Of a stretch of DNA of 64,000 nucleotides, positions 39,601 to 48,856 are shown piece by piece (positions within the stretch are counted from its first letter, which is position 1; each line of letters opens with the position of its first letter). The notes below the pieces were generated by a model that was not told where the DNA came from, ran no database searches, and saw only the letters and a list, made by a program, of their open reading frames with translations. The DNA lies in the IMG/VR virus record IMGVR_UViG_3300035438_000194, positions 32,001 through 96,000 of that record; one strand, 5' to 3'. Source of the DNA: a virus. Both the position numbers and the translations under genes were made by a program.

Positions 39601-42600
39601 TTACGTAATAATAAGAAAGGTACATTAGCATTCTTTAATAAGAAGACCGGTTACTTAGATCTTACTACGTATAAGACTGATGATAATACAGATGATGCTA
39701 CTGAGGAGGATGACGATGATTCTGGAAGACCAACAAAGTCAAAGGACAGAACTGGTATGTATGCTGGTAACGGTACGGAACTTTCTGGTCTTGAGAGAAT
39801 GGACTCAATATTAAAGTTTGCATTCTCAAACATAACAGAGATAGGACCTGATGGGATAAAGCGTAATCAGATGGGTCTTCCTGTAATGGCTTCTTCAAAA
39901 ACAATCTTCAATATGGTTTCTTCCCTTACGGAGAATCTTAATGATAGAGAGGAAATGTATAGAGCCATTTGGAATAAGTCAGAGGAGAAAGAAAGAAATG
40001 GTGAGCCTACACCTATGGCTCAAATGCTCAAGCAGTTCCTAAGCAAAGTAGGAGAGCCTAAGGATGCTACAAGCGGTATTGCGCAATTGTTTTGGAATAA
40101 AGTATTCCATGGTTTACGTACAGACCGTTTAACGAGCATACAAGTAAACATTAATAAGACAAAATACGGTCACGAAGTTATAGTTGGTGAGACTGACTCT
40201 TCTGATAAAGCTATCTTAAGAGGTTGGCAAGATGCCTTTGTGTTTAATAATAAGTCTGATTATCTTATTGTAGATCCTAAGACTAATGAGAAGTACTTAG
40301 ACCTGAAAGCATTGAATGCAAAGTATGGTAATATTGGTCCGGGTCAGCCTATTGAAAGTATTGACCAAATCAATCCTTATCAATTCTTTAAAGATTTTGG
40401 TATTCTCATAACACCAACTAATAAGAATCTTAAGGCTATAAGAGATCAAGATATTATAAGAACTCTACTTAGATTTAGGCTTGCCCCTTTAATGAGGATT
40501 CCTGATTTAAAAGTAACTAGCTATAATAGTCTTTTTATGGAGAACCATCCTTACATTGATGCTAAGGGTGAGAAGTCGGTATTACAAGAACAAGGTGGTG
40601 TAATGAATAAATTACTAGCACTTGAGTCAAAAGCCAATCCAAAGTATTCTGACTACATGCGTTTGTTTGGTGCTGATGCAAGAAGTGAGAGATCAAATCC
40701 AAGCGGTCCAGGTAATACACTCATTGCTTTAAATAAAGCAGGTAACTTCAATAATATAATATCAAGACCTGAGCTTAGTCAATATAACCCTAAGAAGAAT
40801 CCTGCAGTTAAGACATCTGTTATTTTTAATAAGATGTTCCCTAGTTTAGGGGCAAGAGATCAAAGATACAGTCTTGACTACCAAGCAATGTTAGGTACTC
40901 AGTATATTGATAAGAGAGCGGGTATTGATACATTAGTAACTAGTCTAGCATCAGCAGAATCAGATGAGCAAGTAGCATATCTACGTGACTTCTTCTCTTT
41001 CTCATTGCATGGTGCAGCTGAAGCGTTCAAGCATGCTGATAAGAACATGGCTTATATCGTACAGCTACTTGGTCCACAAATGTTCTATATACCCATAGCA
41101 GACTTTGCAAAAGGTACTGGAGAAGGTAACACAGGAAAACAAGCTGCAAACAAAATTATAACTGGTTACATAGCTGCTGAGTTAGAAAGAATCAAGAAGG
41201 TACTAGCTAGTAAAGAACTTACATCTGGTGAGAAAGCATCAGACATTATATTATATACAGATTCAGAGGCAACTGTAAAAGATGAGGATGGTTTAATCAG
41301 AGAAGTAAAGTATAAAACACTAGCTGATGTTGGTGTTGAGTTTACCGTGTTTGATGACATCCTATCAGATGATTTAAAGGCTAGACTTATAAATGATAAG
41401 AGTATTCAGACAGTTGAAGACTTCCTAAAGTTATTATCTGGTGATAAAGCCTTAGAACAAAGCATTCACAGAGAGTTAAATACTTACTTTGCTAAGCTGG
41501 TAAAAGAAGATAGAGACCAACTTGAGTCTTTTGAGTTCTTTAAAGGCGCTAATAAAGCTAAGTCACTTAGTACTATTAAAAACAGATCGTTTAAAAATAG
41601 TAGTCTTAGTACTGATGAAATCTTTGATGCATCAGTGTTACACTATGTGTATGCATCATTCATCCACAAGATGGAGATGAGCACCTTGTTCTATGGGGAT
41701 GCTGTTATGTTCCAGCATGATAAGGATGAGCATATGAAAAGGATTCCTACATTCTTTGCTACAGGAAAGATTCCAGTGTTTGATGACACTATGGAAAACT
41801 GGTTGTTATCATCAGCAGGAGGTTACTATAAATCTGAGTTCTTTAAAAACTCTGGGTTGACTCAACCTACTAGTAATCAATTAGTTACAAGACAATTGAA
41901 TACTGCTATCCTTGAGGATGCCATAGAAAGTATATCAAAAGAAGCCTTTGACCAAATGGTGGAGGCGTACCTAAAAAATAATCCAGGAGCTACAGAAGCT
42001 GAAGCTAAAGCTAAGTACAAGTCATATAGGAATATGAAGTCAGCGGATGCTCAAGGATGGATTTCCTTTGATGCTTACCGTGCTTTAGAAATACGCTTAG
42101 ACAACTGGAGCCCTGCTAAAGAAGTAGTATACCAAGAGGTGTTAAAAGGAGAGATCAGTGACCCTGAAATACTTGAGACATTCTTCCCTGTTAAGAAGAT
42201 GCAGTATGCTGGACCTATGGGTACTGAGAACTTTGCGGCTAATGCTGTACACAAGTACTCATTGATGCCTTTGATTCCTACTATTATTAAAGATACAGAG
42301 CTCGAGAAACTACACAATAAGATGGTTTCTCAGAACATTGCTTACTCTGTAATGCACAGTGGTTCTAAGGTTGCTAGTATAGGTAATGGTAATAAGTTAA
42401 GTAAGTTCTACACTGAACCGAACGGTAACCGCACATTGGCATTTACTGCTCCTGATTACCAGTTCTCTTCTAGTGTTATCTACTTAGATTACTTTAAAGA
42501 GCAGCTCGTAACACATGATACTGCAAAGGGTAAAGTAAAGTTCCCAACACAGAAACGTGCATTGGTTACATCTGGCCTTGATGAGTTTGGTGTACCTACA

Positions 42601-45600
42601 GACTTTGAAGTAGGTAGCACTGATGATGAAAGATTAACTGCTTGGAATGCGCTGCCTGATGAGAAAGCTAGACTAAAAGCATCTAAAGCATATACCCTTA
42701 AGAGAAACTATCAAAAGGCATTTAAAGAACTATTTGATACAGCTAAAGACAAGTTGAAGATGGAACTTGGTTACAAGGATCCTAAATCAACTTCAAAAAC
42801 AGAAGGTCTTAACTTAGAGAAACTTATGGCTTTTGTAGAGGAGCAACTCCTTAACAGAGAGACCTTGTCTGAGTATGAGTTAGACTTTTTGCAAATGAGC
42901 CCTAGCGGTCAGTTGATTTATCCGCAAGACTTTGGTTCAGATCCATCACAGATTGAAAAACTTATATCATCATTGGTCAATAAGAGAATTACTGACCAGA
43001 TGTCTAGAGGTGAGTCTTTCATCCAAGTGTCTAGTGTTGGTTTTAGAAAAGCTGATTTGGCAGCAGATTCTAGTTTATTATTCTACCGTATAGGACCTGA
43101 TGGTAAAACGTTACCAATGCAGGTTAAGATACCATTGATGGGTGACTTTAAAAACCTATTGAACCATGTGGACAATGATGGTAAAAAGATTGGTACCCTG
43201 GCTCGTTTAAATGAGTTGATCAAGGATGAGAAGTGGATGAATGAGAACCGTGAAATGCTTACTATGGGCGGTGACCGTATTCCAATTCAGGGTCACAACT
43301 CTATGGAGGTTATGGAAGTAGCTGAGTTCTTTGATCCTGCTGGTGGTAACATGATGGTATTACCATTAGAGATTGTTGCTAAGACCGGTGGTGACTTTGA
43401 CATTGATAAGCTTATCTGCTTGATCCCTGTTATCAAAAACAACATGGGTGTAGTAGAACTATCTAAACCCACTAAGACCCGTAAGGTACTTAAGACTATT
43501 GTTAAGGAGAAGAGTGACTTGTATAATGAACTTAAGGCTTTAAGAAAACAATATATTAAAGAAGAACTTACACCAGAGTTTAGAGAAGAAATTAGTAAAC
43601 TTGAAGATGAGCAAAGAGCAGCTCAGCAAGAGTTTAATGAAAATTATATTAATGATTACTATGTAGGCGGATCATTAGATAAGTATATGAACCGTATCAA
43701 CAGTGCTCAACAAACTATTGATGCTATATATGATCAACTCTTTGAAGACAGGAAAGAAGTATTCCAAGGTGAATTTGATCAGTATATTGATGAGGCTCAA
43801 CCTATACTTAATAAGTTACGTGAGTTAAACAGACAAGAAGATACATTCAGTCCCGATGCCTATCAGAATAATCTGATGCAAGCAATGAATGATATATTAC
43901 TAAGAGGTGAAAACTTTACTAACCTTACACTTCCTAATGATACAGAGACCTATACAGCTAAGGGTGGTATTGTTGATGAATTTACAAGTGTAAACAGACC
44001 TTATCAAAGAAGTAATAATAAGACTAATAACAGAAGAAAGAAAATGTCTCCTACCCGTATCATGGAGAATCGTTACAACAATGTTAAAGCATTTGCAATG
44101 AGTGCGGGTAAGAGCGGTGTAAGTTTGGGTGCTAAGACTAACAAGATCTTTATAAAATATAAAGAGGTTGGTTTGTACTTTGAACCTACTTATACAGCTA
44201 TTAAAGGAAACAAGCAGTACCCTATTAAGCAAAGATTACTAGTAGATCATAAGACTGTTTTAGTTAATGGTAAACGAGCAATCTCTATGGGGCATGGTAA
44301 GGATGTGAATGGTAAAGATATTTCAGATCAGATCTCTCAGTTGATGAATGGTTACTTAGACGTAGCTAAAGAAGACTGGGTATTTGATATCAATGCTGTA
44401 AAAGAATTAGAACCTGAGTTCTTATTATTGTTACAGGCGGGTGTTGGTCCTAGAATGGCAACAGCTTTAATATCACAACCTTTAGTTAAGAAGTATGTAG
44501 AAGCTATCCGTAAGAGAAGTAATGCATTCTCATTAGCTGTTAGTGATAAAGAAACTTCTTTAAGCTTTGCTAAGTATGAAGCCTTGTTAGAAATATTGGA
44601 CAAAAACATGCCTGATATATTCAACTATGCTGATGCACCTGTAAATCAGGAAACTGGAAATATTATAACTCCATCAAATGAAAAGTTATTGTTTGATGCG
44701 CAAAGGTTTTTAGGTAATCGCGGAAACTTTAATATTGATGATCTTATAGCTAATGCTAAGAAGGGTCCTGATTCTGGAGTCACTGGATATGATATAGAGG
44801 CATTTGCTCACTTCATGGAGATCATGGATCTTACTAAAGGAGACAAAGAACTTAAGCAAAGCATAGATATTGACACTAAGAAGCAATTGACTGCGTTAGA
44901 TGCGACTAAGAAAATTAATGCGCTTAAAGACCTATCTGGTAGATTCCCTAAGAGTAAGATTAAAAGTCTTCTGGATGACACATATTTATCTAACTTTAAG
45001 ACTCAGGGTCTTCTGCTTGAAGCTATTTCAAAAGTGTTACCATTACGAGGTTTAAAATCTTTAAATGACTTTGCATACGATCTTAGTAAGAATAAAAAGT
45101 TTGATGATCAGAAAGCAAGAGAGAACTATGAAAAGAACTTGATTGCTGACTTTCCTTCTTACATTGCAGCTAATGCTAGACCACGTGTAACTAGTAATGA
45201 TGCAAGTTATAGAGGTGTTGAAATTGAACAAACTATACCAATCAATAAGCAAACATTACTTAAGTTTGGAGCTATCTATATGGATGGTGCTCTTCAAGTA
45301 GACCAGACTCAGATTGACATTGACTTTGATAACAGAGCTTATACTAAAGATGGTTATGGAGACGGTCTTCTTGCTAAACTACCACCTACCGTATTCTCAG
45401 AATATGATAAAGGTAAAAAGACTGCTAGAAACTTATACAGAGCATTTGTATTTGAAAGAGAGATAGCACGTGCAGCATTCCCTTATACTGAGATAGAAGG
45501 CACTGATGATCAGTTTGAGTTATTTAGAGCAGAGTTTCAAATGTATCAAGTAATGCGTATGAACACCCCTGGTGGTGCAAAGCTTGACCTAGTGGATCAG

Positions 45601-48600
45601 TATGAAGAGTTTATCAGAAACAAAGCATTATATAATGCAGGAATTGATGCTGGTAGATTTATGTCTATGCCTAGCATGGGTATCTTTAGTATGTATGATA
45701 CTTTCTCAGCTATACTTAACCAGGCAAATATTCAAGGTGTAAATCTAAAAGAACAGTTCCCTGTATTAGAAAGCCTTAGACAAACTGAAGTAGAAGGTAA
45801 GAAGTTTAACTTTATTACTTTAGCTAGAAAGGTTAAAGATGTAGATGATCGTACATCATTTACAGCACAGTTGCTTAGCTTGATGAATCCTAATGTCCGT
45901 AAGGTTGGTAATGAAGGTTTCAATCTTGCTATCAGTTCTTTCTTTGCTAAGTTCCCAGAGATGGCATTTGCCCAAGCTGGTAACAACAGTGCAAGTGGGT
46001 TATACATTGGTTCAATCGTAGACGCTAAGTCTATAGCAGTTGCCCAAGCGGACAACTTAAATGAGTACATTGAAGCCCTTAAGGATCCTGAAACAGCTAA
46101 AAACATCTTAAATGACTACGCTAGAAAGTTTGAGCAAAAAGCTCCTTACAAAAACAAAGCAGCTTATTTTAACTATAACAGTAACAAGGATATCACTGAT
46201 TATATTCCTGAGGCGCTACCAGAAGATGCATTATCAATTGCAGAATCAGAAGTAAAGAAAGAGCCACACTGGAGAAAGGATGAGGCTATGGCCAATGCTT
46301 CAACAAAGGCAATTGCTAAAGCTACACAGCCAAAAGATGTTACTTATAGAAGTTCAACCAAAGCTTATCTAGAAGCCCTTGGCGGAGCATCTACAGACTT
46401 TACAAGTTCTGATGCTGTATGGATATTTGGAGCAGGTGCTTGGAGTGCTACAGCAAAGAATATCAAAGAAGACTTTGATAATTACTATGTACCTATGATC
46501 AATAGAGCCTTAGAATCAGGTGTCACTACCTTCAATATAGGTACAGCATCTGGTATTGATACTATGGCAACAGACTACTTAAAGAGTAAAGGCTTTACTG
46601 TAGAGTCACAGGGTGAGTGGAATAAACTTACTGGTGGACCGGTAACAGCTGTTGAAACAGCTAGAACCATCTATGATAAAATTAATAAAGATCAAACAAC
46701 GCAGTCAGAAAATGTAGTATTACCTAAAGATTTAGAAGACAATAAAATATATTCAGGTAAGGAATTCTGGAATAAAATTGTACCAGAAGCGAGGGATATG
46801 TTTGATGATAAGGTAAATCCAAAAACAGGTCAGACAAGACCAATGATTGTTGCGTATAGAGGTAGTCATAAAAAAACGTTTTTGCAGAACTACAAAGATG
46901 GCCTTACTGTAGGTAATCCTTTTGATTGGCAAGTTGAAACAGGCACTGGGGATGAGAAAGGTATAAAGTCTACTAAACGATTTATACATTGGATGATTAC
47001 CGGAGATAACATGGGGACAGCTGCAGCTACTCCAGAGTACAGACAAGCTATCATAGATGATATTAAGTCAGGTAAGATAAAAGGCAGTCCTATTCTTTAC
47101 TATGCAGAGAAGAACTATGCTACTCACGCAACAGCTTTAGACTATCTGATCAATAAGCATGACTGGGATGCTCAAGCTCCCGGTGCTCGTAAAACTTATA
47201 CTGGGAAAATAACTAGTTTGCAACCTAATCAAATATTTGTATTTGGTTCCAATGAAGGAAGTTCTAAAGGAGGTAAACCTACACATGGATCAGGTTCTGC
47301 TAAAGATGCTAAAGACAAATTTGGAGCTATTCAAGGTCAAAGCAGAGGAGCTCAAGGACAGTCTTATGCAATTGTAACTAAGAAGTTCTACGATGTAAAA
47401 AAGTCTAGCACTCCTCAAGAAATCATAGAAGAGATCAAAGGTTTATATGCATATGCTGAACAAAACTCTGATAAAGATTTCTTAGTATCTGACTACTCTG
47501 AGAGTAACCTTAATGGTTATACCGGGCAAGAGATGGCAGATATGTTTAATGCTGCTGGATCTATACCTTCTAACATTGTGTTTAATCAAAACTTTGATAA
47601 GCTATTACCTAGTACTCAAGCTCCTAGAGCTACTGTAAAAGGACCCGGTCCAGAGACTAAGATGAATATTTATGCCGGTACAGGAGAGAATGCTGAATTA
47701 AGTAACTTTGCTAATAGACCTTTTTTCCCTACAACTAATGGATTGGCACAAGCTAGATTTAATAATGTAGAAAGTGCATATCAAGCAGCTAAGATTCTAT
47801 TCTATACAGATAAAAGTGATAAGGCTACACTTGAATATAATGCATCTCTATATAACCAACTTAAAAATACCAATGGTTCTCAAGCTAAATCTATAGGTAA
47901 AAATATTAGATCTTTAAACATTCAAGATTGGGATGCTAATTCTTCTAGAATAATGAAGGAACTGTTAAAACAGTCCTTTGAACAAAATCCAGATGCTCTT
48001 GCTAAACTTCTTGCTACAGGTAATGCTACTCTTACACATACACAAGATAGAGGTAAGTGGGCTACAGAGTTTCCAAGATTGCTTATGGAGGTAAGAGAAG
48101 AGCTAAGTCCTTCTCAACCACAAGCAGCAGCTGGACCAACTGTACAAGCTGCCCAAGCTGCACCAGGTCTTATCATTGACATAAGAGGTCCTAAGGAACT
48201 AGTTGATTATGAGACTGGTGATTTGATACCTGTAGCTAAAGTATACAAGCAGACTCAGTTCATTACAAAAAATGGAGACGGAGTGGAGATTGCTTATACT
48301 CTTCCTGAACAACTTGCTAAACAAATAATGGATGAGAATCCAAACAATGTATTTGTATTTGATTGGTTCCGTCCTCACAGTACTGGTAAAGAAAACACTG
48401 CTGCAAGAAACAATACTAGACAAGCTTGGAGATCAGGTTTAGCAACTGGACAAAGTTTTGGTATCACTACTAGAACCTTTGAAGGAAAAACACCAAGTGA
48501 TGTACAGTTTGAAGGTGTTAAAAAAGTTATTGATGAGCAGATTGAACAACTTGTACAACTCCGTGACTCAGGTAAGATCATTACCTTCCCTTCAGATGGT

Positions 48601-48855
48601 ATAGGTCAGAACTTTAAAGGCTCAGGTGCTGATCGAATCTTTGTATATTTGTCTAAGAAGCTTCTTGAGAATTTTGGTTACAGAAATCCAGCGTTTGATA
48701 ACATAAGCTTAGTACTTGGACCTTTAGAAGTAACAGGTACAGACTATACGCAAGACTTCTATAAGAAGATGGCGGATGCTGAGTCTGGAGAAAAGGCTCA
48801 GACAGTTACAGACAATGAAGTTAGAGAACATATTAAAACGTGTAAAATAAAGTAA
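36664..48855 (+). CDS. Giant virion RNA polymerase (crAss-type, DFDID) with N-terminal zincin and C-terminal accessory domains including NADAR
   Basis: RIPIQG (43276) and GGDFDIDK (DFDID at 43393-43407); ADAQGW; KYSLMPL; HEAWH at 38830-38844. Confidence 0.9.
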   Translation: MICKPDGTYEIEQSDIDKVNKWVYKLLSTRATSGTRTFDLNAFVKYVYTRSLEKTNDAQKALTIARQVPIAIDLVISADPDLRKGLAALQGYSRDAVDAMGDSFLESMTAVSDLVNTDPTKKDLANTLAATANVELLQPVTPTIQAGALETGRELVSDLPYTPLSTTGNEDIPGREWYYGFIKNISNQDLGLSNTGTASYFGVKDGIRIAMVLGSQIPVDQLYLDVQNQTDIEDIKKNQLFTVVTDNAGNFVYFNENYEVTDAENGKLVYFPTRTIPSMKVVDGRKVFNLGEQSDRTVQSIKDKVRKIMADAPLLKEKDAREQVEVEFQGAYSLLSDIADHLQNNPSDKVLLNLTGINKGTLRYDQDTVTPLSSIKNLGALNLRIRTTGVSSEGTKQEFETRRYLAIDGVSDKIGFSMNSFSTAMASKVADLLVNDVYTEDGTRLSTDDKYKMIRTFVPLGTTGLTIVTANNEIKIGGNTVDLSDKAAAKAAIVEFLTRTIKVNDSKGNEIEIKNQLRFDGKTYEASNGVIDDFTITPASDGTYTVASNLVDYKTWLKDNAYIKIQLDSNGNVTQVNGYFEFNASPETRKTIASRQVEQMAVPKKGGDLSLNGLTAPTVEDKENALAKIRERAKGRNNKPLFSMRHDSLAANKAQIRRGKKWFDTTEIKFKDADGKVVTKKLSEIVPYEVMFNVINSNGDIRATWTRNGITLFNGSDYTDLYHEAWHGFTQLFLTADQKTALYNEVKSLKEDIKYYDHKAGEWKTMNSKDLDFSDRNHIIYAEEYLADKFRKYSMDRSAPSAKVKSIFRKIWDAIKALFSRSTKESAANPYNNTLINQAFDQLYTGNLVDYTFDQANIQFGQLNYGITAIDKDLNGIEGLSVEDSLAISEGINHYIAEYIDMAVAGLVYGDANPAYSSLILTDAEYKKEALFYAKDMLQVQLDKLLAEYGTKVSYEKQIAERQIKTLTFAIDQFGDLDDLRNNKKGTLAFFNKKTGYLDLTTYKTDDNTDDATEEDDDDSGRPTKSKDRTGMYAGNGTELSGLERMDSILKFAFSNITEIGPDGIKRNQMGLPVMASSKTIFNMVSSLTENLNDREEMYRAIWNKSEEKERNGEPTPMAQMLKQFLSKVGEPKDATSGIAQLFWNKVFHGLRTDRLTSIQVNINKTKYGHEVIVGETDSSDKAILRGWQDAFVFNNKSDYLIVDPKTNEKYLDLKALNAKYGNIGPGQPIESIDQINPYQFFKDFGILITPTNKNLKAIRDQDIIRTLLRFRLAPLMRIPDLKVTSYNSLFMENHPYIDAKGEKSVLQEQGGVMNKLLALESKANPKYSDYMRLFGADARSERSNPSGPGNTLIALNKAGNFNNIISRPELSQYNPKKNPAVKTSVIFNKMFPSLGARDQRYSLDYQAMLGTQYIDKRAGIDTLVTSLASAESDEQVAYLRDFFSFSLHGAAEAFKHADKNMAYIVQLLGPQMFYIPIADFAKGTGEGNTGKQAANKIITGYIAAELERIKKVLASKELTSGEKASDIILYTDSEATVKDEDGLIREVKYKTLADVGVEFTVFDDILSDDLKARLINDKSIQTVEDFLKLLSGDKALEQSIHRELNTYFAKLVKEDRDQLESFEFFKGANKAKSLSTIKNRSFKNSSLSTDEIFDASVLHYVYASFIHKMEMSTLFYGDAVMFQHDKDEHMKRIPTFFATGKIPVFDDTMENWLLSSAGGYYKSEFFKNSGLTQPTSNQLVTRQLNTAILEDAIESISKEAFDQMVEAYLKNNPGATEAEAKAKYKSYRNMKSADAQGWISFDAYRALEIRLDNWSPAKEVVYQEVLKGEISDPEILETFFPVKKMQYAGPMGTENFAANAVHKYSLMPLIPTIIKDTELEKLHNKMVSQNIAYSVMHSGSKVASIGNGNKLSKFYTEPNGNRTLAFTAPDYQFSSSVIYLDYFKEQLVTHDTAKGKVKFPTQKRALVTSGLDEFGVPTDFEVGSTDDERLTAWNALPDEKARLKASKAYTLKRNYQKAFKELFDTAKDKLKMELGYKDPKSTSKTEGLNLEKLMAFVEEQLLNRETLSEYELDFLQMSPSGQLIYPQDFGSDPSQIEKLISSLVNKRITDQMSRGESFIQVSSVGFRKADLAADSSLLFYRIGPDGKTLPMQVKIPLMGDFKNLLNHVDNDGKKIGTLARLNELIKDEKWMNENREMLTMGGDRIPIQGHNSMEVMEVAEFFDPAGGNMMVLPLEIVAKTGGDFDIDKLICLIPVIKNNMGVVELSKPTKTRKVLKTIVKEKSDLYNELKALRKQYIKEELTPEFREEISKLEDEQRAAQQEFNENYINDYYVGGSLDKYMNRINSAQQTIDAIYDQLFEDRKEVFQGEFDQYIDEAQPILNKLRELNRQEDTFSPDAYQNNLMQAMNDILLRGENFTNLTLPNDTETYTAKGGIVDEFTSVNRPYQRSNNKTNNRRKKMSPTRIMENRYNNVKAFAMSAGKSGVSLGAKTNKIFIKYKEVGLYFEPTYTAIKGNKQYPIKQRLLVDHKTVLVNGKRAISMGHGKDVNGKDISDQISQLMNGYLDVAKEDWVFDINAVKELEPEFLLLLQAGVGPRMATALISQPLVKKYVEAIRKRSNAFSLAVSDKETSLSFAKYEALLEILDKNMPDIFNYADAPVNQETGNIITPSNEKLLFDAQRFLGNRGNFNIDDLIANAKKGPDSGVTGYDIEAFAHFMEIMDLTKGDKELKQSIDIDTKKQLTALDATKKINALKDLSGRFPKSKIKSLLDDTYLSNFKTQGLLLEAISKVLPLRGLKSLNDFAYDLSKNKKFDDQKARENYEKNLIADFPSYIAANARPRVTSNDASYRGVEIEQTIPINKQTLLKFGAIYMDGALQVDQTQIDIDFDNRAYTKDGYGDGLLAKLPPTVFSEYDKGKKTARNLYRAFVFEREIARAAFPYTEIEGTDDQFELFRAEFQMYQVMRMNTPGGAKLDLVDQYEEFIRNKALYNAGIDAGRFMSMPSMGIFSMYDTFSAILNQANIQGVNLKEQFPVLESLRQTEVEGKKFNFITLARKVKDVDDRTSFTAQLLSLMNPNVRKVGNEGFNLAISSFFAKFPEMAFAQAGNNSASGLYIGSIVDAKSIAVAQADNLNEYIEALKDPETAKNILNDYARKFEQKAPYKNKAAYFNYNSNKDITDYIPEALPEDALSIAESEVKKEPHWRKDEAMANASTKAIAKATQPKDVTYRSSTKAYLEALGGASTDFTSSDAVWIFGAGAWSATAKNIKEDFDNYYVPMINRALESGVTTFNIGTASGIDTMATDYLKSKGFTVESQGEWNKLTGGPVTAVETARTIYDKINKDQTTQSENVVLPKDLEDNKIYSGKEFWNKIVPEARDMFDDKVNPKTGQTRPMIVAYRGSHKKTFLQNYKDGLTVGNPFDWQVETGTGDEKGIKSTKRFIHWMITGDNMGTAAATPEYRQAIIDDIKSGKIKGSPILYYAEKNYATHATALDYLINKHDWDAQAPGARKTYTGKITSLQPNQIFVFGSNEGSSKGGKPTHGSGSAKDAKDKFGAIQGQSRGAQGQSYAIVTKKFYDVKKSSTPQEIIEEIKGLYAYAEQNSDKDFLVSDYSESNLNGYTGQEMADMFNAAGSIPSNIVFNQNFDKLLPSTQAPRATVKGPGPETKMNIYAGTGENAELSNFANRPFFPTTNGLAQARFNNVESAYQAAKILFYTDKSDKATLEYNASLYNQLKNTNGSQAKSIGKNIRSLNIQDWDANSSRIMKELLKQSFEQNPDALAKLLATGNATLTHTQDRGKWATEFPRLLMEVREELSPSQPQAAAGPTVQAAQAAPGLIIDIRGPKELVDYETGDLIPVAKVYKQTQFITKNGDGVEIAYTLPEQLAKQIMDENPNNVFVFDWFRPHSTGKENTAARNNTRQAWRSGLATGQSFGITTRTFEGKTPSDVQFEGVKKVIDEQIEQLVQLRDSGKIITFPSDGIGQNFKGSGADRIFVYLSKKLLENFGYRNPAFDNISLVLGPLEVTGTDYTQDFYKKMADAESGEKAQTVTDNEVREHIKTCKIK

Positions 48856-48856
48856 A

